Below are positions 20,624-31,344 of a stretch of DNA of 64,000 bases, piece after piece (position 1 is the stretch's first letter; each line of letters begins with the position of its first letter). This DNA is from a bacterium (GTDB lineage: Bacteria > UBA8248 > JACPRG01 > G963555815), in NCBI GenBank assembly GCA_965261595.1, contig CBDHDG010000003.1, forward strand, positions 276,947 through 340,946. The letters are read 5' to 3'. The notes beneath the pieces are model-generated. The model ran no database searches and was not told where the DNA came from. It saw nothing but the letters and a program-made list of their open reading frames with translations. The position numbers were made by a program, and so were the translations under genes.

Positions 20624-22051
20624 AGAGTTATTACCGAAAGTTGTGGATTGAGGGCATGAAAAAGGCGGCGTAACCTTCCGTGTCGGAGGACAACCCACAC
20701 GTTCCTGGTTGGAGCCAGGGGGAAGGAGACGCCACCCATGTTCAAGGTAATCGAAAGCACGGCAGATGGGAAGTGCGAAGAGCCGGGACGGATGCTGGAC
20801 GAGATAGCACGCGAGGGCGCCCGGCGGATGCTGGCCGTGGCGATGGAGGCGGAAGCGGCTTCCTACGTCGAGGACCATCGGCACGAGCGGGACGAAGGGG
20901 ACAGAGCGCTGGTGGTGAGAAACGGCAAGGCCCGGCCGCGGAAGATCACCCTGGGTGCGGGCACCGTGGAGATTCACGCCCCGCGGGTCAACGACCGGCG
21001 CGTGGATGCATTGGGCCGCAAGCAGCGTTTTACGAGCCGGATTCTTCCGCCCTACATGCGGCGCTCGCCCAAGGTGTCCGAGGTGTTGCCGGTGCTCTAC
21101 CTGCGGGGTCTCTCCACGGGCGATTTCCGCGAAGCGTTGCCCGTTCTGTTGGGAGAAGATGCGTCGGGCCTGTCGCCTTCGACGATCACACGGCTGACGG
21201 CCGATTGGGAGCGGGAGCATGCGGAATTTCAAAGGCGAGACCTGAGCGAACTCGACTACGTCTACGTCTGGGTGGACGGGGTCCACTTCCGTATCCGTTT
21301 GGAAGAGGATCGCCTGTGCACCCTTGTCATGATTGGGGTTCGTCCCGACGGGACCAAGGAGCTCCTCGCTGTTGAGGACGGCGACCGTGAGAGCCAGGAG
21401 AGCTGGGCGTCGGTGCTTCGCGATCTCAAACGGCGCGGGATGCGGGCGCCTGTGGTGGCGGTGGGGGCGACGGCGCGCTGGGCTTTTGGGCGGCGGTCGG
21501 GCAGGTGTGGCCCGAGACGCGCGCGCAGCGCTGCTGGGTCCACCGGTTGGCCAACGTGCTCGACAAGCTACCCAAGGGGCTACAACCCAAGGGGCCAAGC
21601 GCGCCCTGCACGAGATCATGCAGGCTGACACGCGCGCACAGGCGGTCGAGGGGATCGAGCGCTTCGAGCAGGACTATCGCGCCAAGTACCCCAAGGCGGT
21701 GGCCTCGCTTCGCCGCAATGAGAACAAGCTGCTGACCGACTTCGACTTGCCGGCCGAGCACTGGGTGCACCTTCGCACCACAAACGTGATCGAGTCCCCC
21801 CTGACGACGGTGCGCCTGCGCCAGCGGGTGACCAAAGGAGCCGGCTCCAGGACGAAAGGCTTGATGATGGCCTTCAAGCTGCTCGAGATGGCGCAGCAGA
21901 GATGGCGGCGAATCAACGGACCAAAACTCCTGCCCCTTGTCCGCGCCGGAGTGAAGTTCATCGATGGGGTTCAGGCGGAGCACATCAATCAACAAGAGCG
22001 GAAGGACGCCGCATGATCATGCGCCCGTCCATAACATTTGACAATAACTCC
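20624..22051 (+). mobile_element. IS256-family IS with 8-bp target-site duplication
   Basis: IRs AGAGTTATTACCGAAAGTTGTGGA and TCCATAACATTTGACAATAACTCC. TGTGGCCT flanks both sides (20616-20623 and 22052-22059). Confidence 0.92.
20738..22016 (+). pseudogene. IS256 (mutator) transposase, frameshifted
   Basis: RNG..R, PRVNDR, LYLRGLSTGDF, VWVDG, QRCWVH and LRTTNVIES are split over three frames near 21470 and 21590. Confidence 0.9.
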
Positions 22052-22154
22052 TGTGGCCTGCCTAGATATACCTCTTGAAGTCTCCGAATAGTGCTACCAT
22101 ATGGGCATCTATGAGCTACGCGGATACTTCTACTAGATCATTAGGAGAAGTTAC

Positions 22155-22658
22155 ATGAATGAGAATAGAGCTAAAATTAGACTGAAAATTGGCCAGTTAG
22201 AGGTCGAGTACGAAGGAAGTGATTCATTCTTGAAAGAAGACATATTTCATATGATGGAAAAAATGATTGGCTTTCATGCCGAACACCGTGCCGTTCTCCC
22301 CGCTGACCTCCAAGCCAATACAGAAGATGAAGGTGCGATGGTTGGAGATCCTGAACTTAACATTTCAACTAGCACAATAGCGACACGCTTGAGTGTAAAT
22401 AGCGGGCCGGAATTGGCAATAGCCGCAGCCGCTTACCTGACTATAGTTCAAAAGGAGCCAAAATTTTCTAGAGAACAAATCCATAACAAAATGAAAGATG
22501 CTTCGAATCACTATAAAAAGAGCATGTTGGGAAATCTGACTTCAATCCTTCAAAGACTTGTAAAGGAGAACCGTCTCAACGAACTTTCTGATGGGCACTA
22601 TGCTCTGTCGGCGACAGAGAAGAAGAAAATGGAGAAGAGCCTTCCTGAAAACATCTGA
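22155..22658 (+). CDS. hypothetical protein with probable C-terminal winged helix
   Basis: AGGAG RBS and AT-rich ORF. FSREQIHNKMK...NLTSILQRLVKENRLNELSDGHYALS is wHTH-like. Confidence 0.7.
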   Translation: MNENRAKIRLKIGQLEVEYEGSDSFLKEDIFHMMEKMIGFHAEHRAVLPADLQANTEDEGAMVGDPELNISTSTIATRLSVNSGPELAIAAAAYLTIVQKEPKFSREQIHNKMKDASNHYKKSMLGNLTSILQRLVKENRLNELSDGHYALSATEKKKMEKSLPENI

Positions 22659-23367
22659 CCTGAAAACATGGCTTCATCGTGGACTTGGGCAGCGTGACAC
22701 ACTACTTCTCATCCTCGCGTCGTTCGATACGCCGTGCCAAGTAAGCGACATAAAGGAACATGCCAGGGAGGCAGGATTCCAGGTGCCAAAGACGTGGAAC
22801 CCATCCGCCTCCCTGGGCAAAAGCAAGGGATTGGCAATCAGAACGCCAAAGGGGTGGGAGATAACAGAGGCAGGGAGACAGCATCTTAGGAACCTTGGCG
22901 TTACCAAAGTCAGCCCAGCGGCGGTACAAGTGGCGACCGATCTCCGAGCAGAACTTCCAAATATTAAAGACGAAGAAACGCGTTCTTTCGTAGAGGAAGC
23001 AGTCAAGTGCTACGAGGCGGAACTCTATCGGTCAGCAATTGTCATGTCCTGGATCGGTGCTGTTGCCGTTCTGCACAACCATGTTCACGTTGGGCATTTG
23101 AAAGCGTTCAATGTGGAAGCAAAGCGTGTGGATGCCAAGTGGAAAGATGCAAAGACTAAGAATGATCTAGGTAGAATGAGAGAGGCTGACTTCCTAGACC
23201 GGATCGCGGCCCTCTCCATCATTGGCCAGGATGTGAAGAAAGCACTAAAGCAATGTCTTGATCGCCGCAACAGCTGCGGCCACCCGAACTCACTACAGAT
23301 CAGCGCCAACACAGCAGCGCACCATGTCGAGCTACTGCTCCTCAATGTATTCAAGAGTTTGCAATAA
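22591..23367 (+). CDS. wHTH + HEPN-like (RxxxxH) protein
   Basis: EEAVKCYEAELYRSAIVMSW...CLDRRNSCGHPN. Overlaps the upstream gene; the true start is probably near 22645. Confidence 0.7.
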   Translation: MGTMLCRRQRRRKWRRAFLKTSDLKTWLHRGLGQRDTLLLILASFDTPCQVSDIKEHAREAGFQVPKTWNPSASLGKSKGLAIRTPKGWEITEAGRQHLRNLGVTKVSPAAVQVATDLRAELPNIKDEETRSFVEEAVKCYEAELYRSAIVMSWIGAVAVLHNHVHVGHLKAFNVEAKRVDAKWKDAKTKNDLGRMREADFLDRIAALSIIGQDVKKALKQCLDRRNSCGHPNSLQISANTAAHHVELLLLNVFKSLQ

Positions 23368-23576
23368 ACGCTCTCAATACAAACTTTGTAACAAGTCTGT
23401 ACCCACACGCGCAGAACTTGGAAACAAAACAGTGCCTATAGGGCACCTGAAGGCATTGCCGGCGCGGGACGAAAAAAGAAAGTCTCCGTTACCCTATTGG
23501 AATAACGGGATTTTGGGGTTGCAGGGCCTTGTATTGGCCGAGGCCGACATTCACTCGTGGTCATAATCTAAACCTC

Positions 23577-24115
23577 TGACCAGCCCCCTTCAAACGAGTC
23601 CAGTTTATCAATGAGTATTCCTGGATTGTAGAAGGAGGCGAAGGCTGGCCAGGAAGCGGTTTACGGCCGCGCAGATCATCATCAAGCTGCGAGAGGCGGA
23701 GGTGGCCCAGTCCCAAGGGAAGACGGTAGGCCAGGAGTGTAAGCAGATCGGGGTGACTGAGCAGACCTACTACCGGTGGAGGAAGGCGTACGAGGGTCTG
23801 AGGATGGACCAGGCCAGGCGTTTGAAGTCCCTGGAGAAGGAGAATGGCCGTCTGAAGAAGCTGGTGGCGGGTCTGTCTGTGGACAACCAGATTTTGAAGG
23901 AAGTCTCCTCGGGAAACTTCTAGGCCCGGCGAAGCGGAGAGGAGCCGTGGTATGGGTGCGAGAGCGATTAGGATGGTAGAACTGGCCAGCGCGTATGGCC
24001 GAACCGGGTACCGGAGGATCACGGCGATGCTTCGTCTTAGAGGGGTGGAAGGTGAACCCTAAGCGAGTGGAAAGGCTTTGGAGACAGGAGGGGCTGAAAG
24101 TCAATGAACCAAGAC
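23577..24115 (+). mobile_element. IS3-family remnant (degenerate orfA and internally deleted orfB)
   Basis: TGACCAGCCCCC-type end, IIIKLREAEV..., GVTEQTYYRWRKAY.G..RLKSLEKEN, then GYRRITAML..VNPKRVERLWRQEGL. Confidence 0.8.
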
Positions 24116-24199
24116 CGCACCTGACAAATCTTTCGGCCGGAAGTCTCCTGACGTTCAACGGTCATTGACTATTGTCGATAGACACCGTACAATACCCAA

Positions 24200-24478
24200 G
24201 TGATCAAGACGTTCCGGCATCGCGGCCTGAAAGAGCTCTACGAGCATGGACACTCTGCGAAAGTGGCGCAGGGCCACGTTGAGAAACTCTTGCGCATTCT
24301 GACCGCTTTGGACCGGAGCGATGGCCCTGAAGGGATGGACCTTCCAGGTTTTCGCCTCCATGCTCTCAAGGGCCGCATGAAGGGTCGCTACGCGGTTTCC
24401 GTCTCGGCCAACTGGCGAGTGACGTTTCGGTTCGAGGAGGGACACGCTGTGGATGCCGACTATATCGATTACCATTAG
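24200..24478 (+). CDS. higB: HigB-type RelE/ParE toxin
   Basis: IKTFRHRGLKELY...PGFRLHALKG..KGRYAVSVSANWRVTFRF...DYIDYH. Confidence 0.92.
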   Translation: MIKTFRHRGLKELYEHGHSAKVAQGHVEKLLRILTALDRSDGPEGMDLPGFRLHALKGRMKGRYAVSVSANWRVTFRFEEGHAVDADYIDYH

Positions 24479-24489
24479 GAGGTCGTGAG

Positions 24490-24777
24490 ATGGCCATGAA
24501 AAACCCCGTGCATCCCGGCGCCATCGTGCGCGAAGACTGCCTGAAACCCTTGGGTTTGTCGATTTCGGAGGCCGCGAAACGGCTCGGCGTCGGGCGTCAG
24601 ACACTTTCCAATCTGGTCAACGAAAAAGCGTCCGTTTCGATCGAGATGGCCTACCGGCTATCGAAGGCGTTCGGCTCAACCCCCGAGACGTGGCTCAGCA
24701 TGCAGTTGGCCTTCGACCTTGCCCGCTCGCGTGATTTGGAACAGAAGATCAAAGTCGAACGAATCGTCGCCGCATAG
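24490..24777 (+). CDS. higA: HigA antitoxin (HTH)
   Basis: MKNPVHPG.IVRED.L..LGLSISEAAKRLGV.RQTLS...MAYRLSKAFGSTPETWL.MQ; follows the toxin. Confidence 0.92.
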   Translation: MAMKNPVHPGAIVREDCLKPLGLSISEAAKRLGVGRQTLSNLVNEKASVSIEMAYRLSKAFGSTPETWLSMQLAFDLARSRDLEQKIKVERIVAA

Positions 24778-25130
24778 ACTTCCGTCAACCGCCGCGGACC
24801 TCGGGTATGGGTTTTCGCTCCACAACCTGCGGGATTCGTCCGCTACGGCGGTTTTCCCGAATAACTATCGACAATCGGCGTCAGACCATCGCCTGTCTAT
24901 GGTCGAAGCTCCGTGTTGGCATAGTGTTGACTCCGGAGAAACGCTGTATCCGTTGTCCGAGGCTAGATCTTTGAAACACACGCAATATGAGTATGTTACA
25001 AGACAGTAAGCGATGTAGGATTGGTCTACATGCGGAAACCGAATGCCATGATTATTCTCCTTGTGCGTGAGGGTGCGGATGACAATGGGTGACGGAAGGG
25101 GGGAGAGCCTCTCTCTCCGGCCCCTTCGGT

Positions 25131-25277
25131 TCACCCTAGAAGAGCCTCTCCTTCTTCTCCGGCGTCGGCGCAGGCGGCTTCGGTCCTGATCCTTCGGATG
25201 GTGTGGGAATCGAGGCCGCTCTCGGCGAGTAATTCTTCGTTGGTGAGAACATCGAGTTCGAGGTCACAGTCGAGCAT
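25131..25277 (-). CDS. small acidic hypothetical protein
   Basis: MLDCDLELDVLTNEELLAESGLDSHTIRRI; paralog MLDQDLDLELPTDDELLAEIGLDSYTIRRI at 57999-58139; GGAGG RBS in both. Confidence 0.55.
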   Translation of the reverse strand: MLDCDLELDVLTNEELLAESGLDSHTIRRIRTEAACADAGEEGEALLG

Positions 25278-25780
25278 GGGCTTGCCTCCTGTTCCGGGGT
25301 TGCCGCTCTCGGCATCGGGACCGGGAGACCGTTCTCCCTCTCCCATGCCGGGCGTTCGCCCGGCCCTTGCTTCCCTCTGGCTCTACGGCGAGAAGGCGCT
25401 CGCAGACCGTGCGCGGTCTTCGTCCTCGCCCGGCTGTCGTCGAACACGGACCCGCTCGAGCTTGCATGCGGTGCGGGATTCGAGTCGGATAATACGCATG
25501 GACTACCAGGGACTCATCAAGCGGCGTGGGTTCTGGCTGCTGGCGCTCTTGTGGCTGCCGGCCGGGGTGGTCGCGACGGCGGCGGTGAGCTTCGCGCCGG
25601 AGGCGGAGCCCGTGACGTGGCTGTCTATGATGTTGATGTCGGCGGGGTCGCTGGTGCCGGTCGCTGGTGGCGGGACTGCTCGGCCCGGCGATACGGATTG
25701 CGGCGGTAGAAGGGCCGCCCCCCGGCTGGCGGGCGGCAGGCCGGCGGTACGTACCCCCGGCGAGCCGGCACAGACCGCGT

Positions 25781-26589
25781 TCACTGCCCCGTAAAAGACG
25801 CCATCGGTGACGTATCGCTAACGATCTCCACCTGATCGTGGGACAACCGGGCGAAGGCCAGGCACATGGCCACCTCCTCCCAGCTGTCCCAGGTCCCGTG
25901 GTCCTCGCCCGTGGCGGTCTCGATCACGGTGTAGCGCGGCGGAAGGATCGGAAGGCCCCGATGCTCGGCCGAGCGCACCCAGGACCGGTGCGCGCACGGC
26001 ACGCACCGCGCCGCTCTCTGCGATGGAGCACCACAGTCGGACAAAGCCAGCTCTCTCGCCTGTGGACGTAGCGCCTTCGGCTGGCGGCGTTCTTCCGTGG
26101 ATGGCGCCCGGCCTCGAGGGCGGCGCAGGGACCGCAGCGCGAGGCGCGGTCAAGGGCCGGCCCGCCGCAGCGACCACACCGACCATCGGCCCGCCGGGCG
26201 GCATACTGCTCCCGTTCGGCCGCTTGCCGTGCGTCACGGCAAGCCCGGCAGGTCGCGCCGCCCTGGACCGGGGAACGGTGGCCGCAACGCGTGCACTGGC
26301 CGACGTCCCGGTATGCACGGAGGCGCCGCCTGCTTCTCTCCCGCCCGATCCTTCGGCGGACCTTGGGATCCCGGCCGCCGTAGAGCCTGCCTTCGGCCTT
26401 GCCCTTGGCGTACCGGGCGCGTTCGGCCTTCCGCCGCTTCTCCCCGCAGGAATGGCACAGGCTGCGTTCGGGAGGGAGGGGCTCTCTTCCGCACTTCGGG
26501 CACATCCTGCTGGCGAGGCGCTCTTTGGTGCGCCTGCAGCAGCGTTCCCGGTCATGCTCGCGCGCCTTGTCGGGATCTTTGTAAGGCAT
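25781..26589 (-). pseudogene. Cys/Arg-rich tandem CxxC...CxxC repeat protein, one frameshift
   Basis: MPYKDPDK start with four CxxCG...CxxC modules. Shift near 26040; C-terminus RYTVIETATGEDHGTWDSWEEV. Confidence 0.65.
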
Positions 26590-26674
26590 CAACGTCTCCC
26601 ACCGGGGCTGAAATCGGGACAACGGACGCCCGGCCGGCGCCGGGCCGGCGGGACATCCAGAAAGAGAACGCCAA

Positions 26675-26998
26675 TCAGCGCTGCCTGCGTTCCGCGAACA
26701 AACCGGTCGCCAGATCGCCCCACAGTTGGACTCCGGAGTTCCGGAGGTTGATTCCGGTTGCAACGATGATCTCGTCCCGAGCGGGCCGCATCTTCCGGAC
26801 CACTTGCCGGGACGCGATTGTCCCCGGCGCCTTGGGCCGGCCCTTGGTCCTCGGCCCCTTGGCGCGCAGGGGCCGGATGTCGCCGTCGGCCATGGACTGG
26901 AAGCGCTCGACCACGTAGCGGTCGTCATCGAGACCTTGGCCGAACAGGTGGGTGAGGAAGGTGCTTGCGTTGCCGGGATGCGTCTGGACCGTGTGCAT
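26675..26998 (-). CDS. hypothetical protein
   Basis: MHTVQTHPGNASTFLTHLFGQGLDDDRYVVE... after AAGGAGG; paralog at 60304-60609. Confidence 0.6.
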   Translation of the reverse strand: MHTVQTHPGNASTFLTHLFGQGLDDDRYVVERFQSMADGDIRPLRAKGPRTKGRPKAPGTIASRQVVRKMRPARDEIIVATGINLRNSGVQLWGDLATGLFAERRQR

Positions 26999-27632
26999 GG
27001 CGTCGTCCTCCTTATGAGCCGGTGGTTGAGAAAGGCGGCGACGCCCTCTCCGGGACATCCGTCCGCCGCCCCGCTCACGGCCCGGCTCGGCCTCTTCGCG
27101 GCGCACCGCGCGTCGGGGGGGAACGGCTCCATCGACCGCCGGCTGGCCGGCGATAGGTATGCCGTATGAGCTTTTCGCGGTTCGACCCGGTGCTATCGGT
27201 GGGATGCGTTCAAAGGGTTCGACGCGCGTTGGAGGCTGGCCTTGGGAGACCTGCGGCCAGACCCGGTGACCGACGGCGGGCCGGCCGGCACGCTGTCAAC
27301 GTTCGCCTGAACCGGCCTCGTGCGGCCGGGTTTCAGCCGTGGGTCTTCGCTCTGCCAGAGACCGCTACCGGACATCCGGCATGGATGCGGTGGAATAGAG
27401 ATGGGGTGTGGTGGTGGGGTACGAAGGGTGGTTCGATACCGGCCGTTGGGCCGCCGGGCGGCGGGCTAGGCGATGGCCCATCCTCTTCGCACCGAGCAGG
27501 TGCTCCTGATCAGGATTTGATCCCGCGCCTCGCCAGGCAGACGAACTCGCGAGGCGGGACGCCCGGCGTGCGCAGACAAGCGGGAATGGCAGGCTAAGGT
27601 GCGGCAGGAATTCCGAAGTTCGCGGTGTCAGG

Positions 27633-29002
27633 CTAGGAATCAGGGTACACCTTCGATCTTGTCGATTATCGGTATCGCCGTCACCGCAAACTTAGTAAAT
27701 TTGCCAACGAAGTACTTGGTGATCTCGCCGTCTTTCTCTTTGCACTCCTGATGCAAATCCCAGAGGCGTGAATCCAATCCCTTTTGTCCTTATGCAATTC
27801 CTCCTTCCATGGGCACCAGTCGTTACCGACACTTGCCCCAGGAGGAAGTCTGACCTGGAGCTCTTTATCAAGACGATCTCGCCGTTTCTTATCGTCTATC
27901 GCTATTTTGCTCTTTTTTATTGGAGACGATACAGCGATGAACCAGCCATTCGGACCTTCCTGCGGTGCACACAGTTCAATAATGGTTCGCTCGCCTGACT
28001 CGGGTCGTCCACCTTGATCTTGATATGGAGTCCAACACTTCCGATACAGCCAGACGCTGCATGAGTTCTTCTTGGGATTGCCCTCATACCTGCAGCCAAC
28101 GTGCATGTCGTGATCGAATTTCTGCAACTCAGGCGCCTTCCCGATCCAATAACGCAGTTGTTCCAGGAATGGCTTACACACGCGCTCCCTGACATCAGAC
28201 CAAGAATCATGCACCAACTTCGCGATTTTCAGATTCTCCCGATTGAACGGCTCCGACAACAAGAAGTCCAGGAGCTCCTTGGTTTCTTCGCTATCGGTAG
28301 TCATGGATTGGCCTCCAATCCGTTGGCAGAATGTCTCGGCATCGCGCAGGAACCAGCGAAGTCGGTCCACCTTGCACTTCTCCCGGCACTCTCCGAGCCA
28401 CTCGGCGAGCGAATACTGAATGCGAAAGTCTTCGAATTCGTCCACATGTTTCTCTTGTCCTTGTATGTACGGTATGATTGCAAAGTGGCCTTTTCACTTC
28501 TCAAGTTCCTTCCTGTCGATGCTCCTTTCTGACGGACCTTCGCCGGTGGGAGAGAGGTAGATCAGAAGGAACCGGTCGCCGTATTCCCCCTCAAGGTGGT
28601 TGAGGTAGTCCTTGACCTGATCCTTCTGGTCGTCGGCGTAAGGCTTGTTCTCGATGGCCAGGCAGTGTCGTTCTCCATCGTGACCTACGATCTCAACGAA
28701 GATGTCAATACGCTGGCGGTCAGCGATCTCCAACTCGACTTTAACGGTAATCCGGCTCTTGTCGAGGTTGGGCCAGTGTGGAGTCTCTTTCAAGCCCTTC
28801 AATCTCTCCAGGAACGTCCGGAGAAACAGCTTCCCCTGACCATGGCTTGCCTCGGGATCGAGCTGATTGGCGATCATCGTGGAAAGCCCCAATTCTCTAA
28901 CCCCCAGGTAGTCGAGGACGTTGAATCGGGGCGCCAGTTTTTTGTCGAGCTCCCGTTCTAGGGCTCTCGCCGTCTCCAATCGGGGAGTCAACTCGGCCAA
29001 AG
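27633..29002 (-). pseudogene. PD-(D/E)XK nuclease family protein, 5'-truncated and frameshifted
   Basis: RFNVLDYL..ELGLS, HGQG.LFL, RIDI, AIENKPYA.DQ..QV.DY and LIYLSP; broken relative to the 61513-62997 copy. Confidence 0.8.
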
Positions 29003-29029
29003 CTCGCCGCGGACGCCGACTGCGACGTG

Positions 29030-29338
29030 ATTCTGGGCGGGCACACGGGGATTCACTGGAGCCGCCGGTTACGCGCGCCGGGCTGGGTACGTGAACGCCG
29101 GGGCCCTGTGGCGCCCGGCCAACGACGGGCGAACCTGCGTCTGGTATGCTAAACCATCCACGGGCGCGGACCGGCTGGAAGTGGAGCATGTTCCGGTCCG
29201 CTACGATCACGAGGCGCTGGCTCGCGAAATGGCGAGAGAGGGCATTTGTGAGGAGTTCGTCACGACGATTCGCACCGGGTGGTGGACCACCTGACTGGAG
29301 ATCCTGCCGGGCAAGGAACGGGCTCGCGGGCGCTACTG
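29030..29338 (+). pseudogene. C-terminal fragment of a metallophosphoesterase-like gene
   Basis: HTGIHW.R, VNAG...RPANDG, VRYDHEALAREM..EG..EEFVTTIRTGWWTT*LEILPGKERARGRY, with an internal stop. Confidence 0.55.
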
Positions 29339-29387
29339 AGGGTCCGTGGTCCCGGCTTTCCTCCGGTGCGCCAACCGGGAGGCGCCG

Positions 29388-31145
29388 TTGAGTGCTCACA
29401 TCGCCTATCTGGACGGACCGCGCCTGCGCCGGTCTCTGGTCGCCGCCTGCGAGTACACCCGCCAGCAGCGGCAGGAACTGAACCGCATCAACGTTTTTCC
29501 GGTGCCCGACGGCGACACCGGCACCAACCTGGCCCTCACCGTGGAGGCCATCGCGGACCGCCTGCGGCGCAACCGCGACCGGGCAGTTTCCGCCGTCGCG
29601 GACGATGCAGCCGAAGCGGCGCTGCTGGGTGCGCGCGACAACAGCGGGATGATGCTGTCGCACTTCCTGCTGGGCTTCGCGGCCCACCTGAAGGGACGCA
29701 AGCGCGTGGGCCCGCGCGGGTTCGCCGGGGCGCTGGGCGGGGGCATCGACAACCTCTACAACGCGCTCGATAACCCGGTCGAGGGCACCATTCTGACCGT
29801 CATCCGGGGCACCGCAAACGCCGCGAAGGAGAGCTCCGCCACGGACTTCGTCCCCTGCGTCGACCGGCTGGTGGACGCCGGCGGCCGCGGTTTCGTGCAC
29901 ATGCTGGAGGGCGTGCTCCTGCTCATCAACGGGGACCCGATCGTCGCCTCCGGAGACGAGACGGATTACGCGCAGGTCCCGGCGACCGTCGCCGAGGTCG
30001 AGTATCCCGAGGATGAGGAGCAGTACCGCTACTGCACCGAGGCGCTGGTGCGCGGCGAGGGGCTGCCGGCGTCCGCGATCATGCGCGAGGAACTGCGCCG
30101 CCACGGCGATTCCATAATCGTGGTCAGCTCCGACACCCTGCTCAAGGTGCACGTGCACACGGACGGTCCTGATGGAGTCTTCTCCTACCTGCGCACGCTG
30201 GGCAGGCTCGCCACGAAGAAAGCCGAGGACATGCGCGCCCAGCACGCGGCGGCGCGCCACGGCGGGGGCGGCCACCAGACCCTGGTGCGGCGTCCCTTCG
30301 CGATCGTGACCGACAGCGGCAACGATCTCCCCGAAGACATCATCCGCGCCCACGGCATCCACGTGGTCCCGGTCGTGCTAGTGGACGGAGGCCGCCCCCT
30401 GCGCGACGGCATCGACATCACCGCGGAGGACTTCCACGAGAAGATGCGCGACGCCAGCGGAGAACTGCCCACCACCTCGCAGCCTCCGCCGCAGGCCTTC
30501 GTGGACGGCTTCGCGCGGGCCGCCGAGGACGGCGACCAGATCCTGGGCGTCGTGCTGGGAAGCGGCGTGTCCGGCACCTTCGGTTCTGCGGAAGCGGCGG
30601 TGCGGACCTTCGACAAGGTGCCGGTGCACCTCTTCGACTCCCGCGGAGTGTCGATTCTTGAGGGGCTGCTCGTGCTGAAGGCGGCGGAACTGGCGGAGAG
30701 CGGGACGAGCGCCGGCGAGATCCTGGCCGAACTCTCCCGCGTGCGCGACCAGTCCGGCATTTTCGCCACCGTGGACACCTTCGACCGCCTGCTGCACTCG
30801 GGGAGGGTGGGGAAGGGCCAGGCCTGGTTCGGGGGCATGCTGGGGGTGAAGCCCATCCTGTCGCTGACCGAGGAGGGGAAGGTCGGTCCGGTCGGCAAGG
30901 TGATCGGCCGCAAAAAGGTGCTTCCGGCGGTTCTCGGTCTTCTGGAGGACCGCATCCCGGCCGGTGCGAAGAAACTCCGCTTCGGCGTGGTGCACGTCGG
31001 GTGCCCGGAGATCGTCGAGCAGGTCTCGGCCGCCCTGCACGCGCGCTACGGCGACGTGGACATCCTCGGCGGCCCCACGGCCCCGATCTTCGCCACCCAC
31101 CTGGGGCTGGGCGCCTGGTGCCTGGCCTACATGGTCGAGGACTAG
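29388..31145 (+). CDS. DAK2 (FakA-like)-DegV (FakB-like) fusion, apparently damaged
   Basis: ELNRINVFPVPDGDTGTNL, PVEGTILTV, DAGG, YCTE, KVHVHT and DM; then DegV IVTDS, PTTSQP, SGT, DS and L..SGR. Has GARDNSG in place of GARGNSG and a short DAK2 region. Confidence 0.85.
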   Translation: MSAHIAYLDGPRLRRSLVAACEYTRQQRQELNRINVFPVPDGDTGTNLALTVEAIADRLRRNRDRAVSAVADDAAEAALLGARDNSGMMLSHFLLGFAAHLKGRKRVGPRGFAGALGGGIDNLYNALDNPVEGTILTVIRGTANAAKESSATDFVPCVDRLVDAGGRGFVHMLEGVLLLINGDPIVASGDETDYAQVPATVAEVEYPEDEEQYRYCTEALVRGEGLPASAIMREELRRHGDSIIVVSSDTLLKVHVHTDGPDGVFSYLRTLGRLATKKAEDMRAQHAAARHGGGGHQTLVRRPFAIVTDSGNDLPEDIIRAHGIHVVPVVLVDGGRPLRDGIDITAEDFHEKMRDASGELPTTSQPPPQAFVDGFARAAEDGDQILGVVLGSGVSGTFGSAEAAVRTFDKVPVHLFDSRGVSILEGLLVLKAAELAESGTSAGEILAELSRVRDQSGIFATVDTFDRLLHSGRVGKGQAWFGGMLGVKPILSLTEEGKVGPVGKVIGRKKVLPAVLGLLEDRIPAGAKKLRFGVVHVGCPEIVEQVSAALHARYGDVDILGGPTAPIFATHLGLGAWCLAYMVED

Positions 31146-31344
31146 GGACTAGCTCAGCTCGGCGAGGGTTCAGCGCACATGGGCCGCCAAGCGGGCGAGG
31201 CACGTCTCCTAGGACGCGGGGCTGGTCACCACGAAGAGCAGATCAACTGCCATGCCGCCATTCCCCAAACGTCACCGCGCGGAACCACGCCCACCACGGG
31301 ACAGCCAGGAACGCCCACCCACCACCACCTCATGACCACCACCC

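Larger units (their letters stand above)
25035..29002 (-). repeat. diverged copy A of a plasmid/ICE-like module (copy B at 57895-62910)
   Basis: Colinear matches: ssb start MAFG, AGGGGGGAGAGCCTCTCTCTCCGGCCCC, small acidic ORF, Cys-rich ORF, MHTVQTHPGN ORF, non-coding block and PD-(D/E)XK gene. Confidence 0.88.

Noticed and set aside
28494..30362. 622-aa - strand ORF suggesting a nuclease fusion
   Set aside because: The N-terminal part is antisense of the DAK2-DegV gene; nuclease similarity begins only at ~29002.
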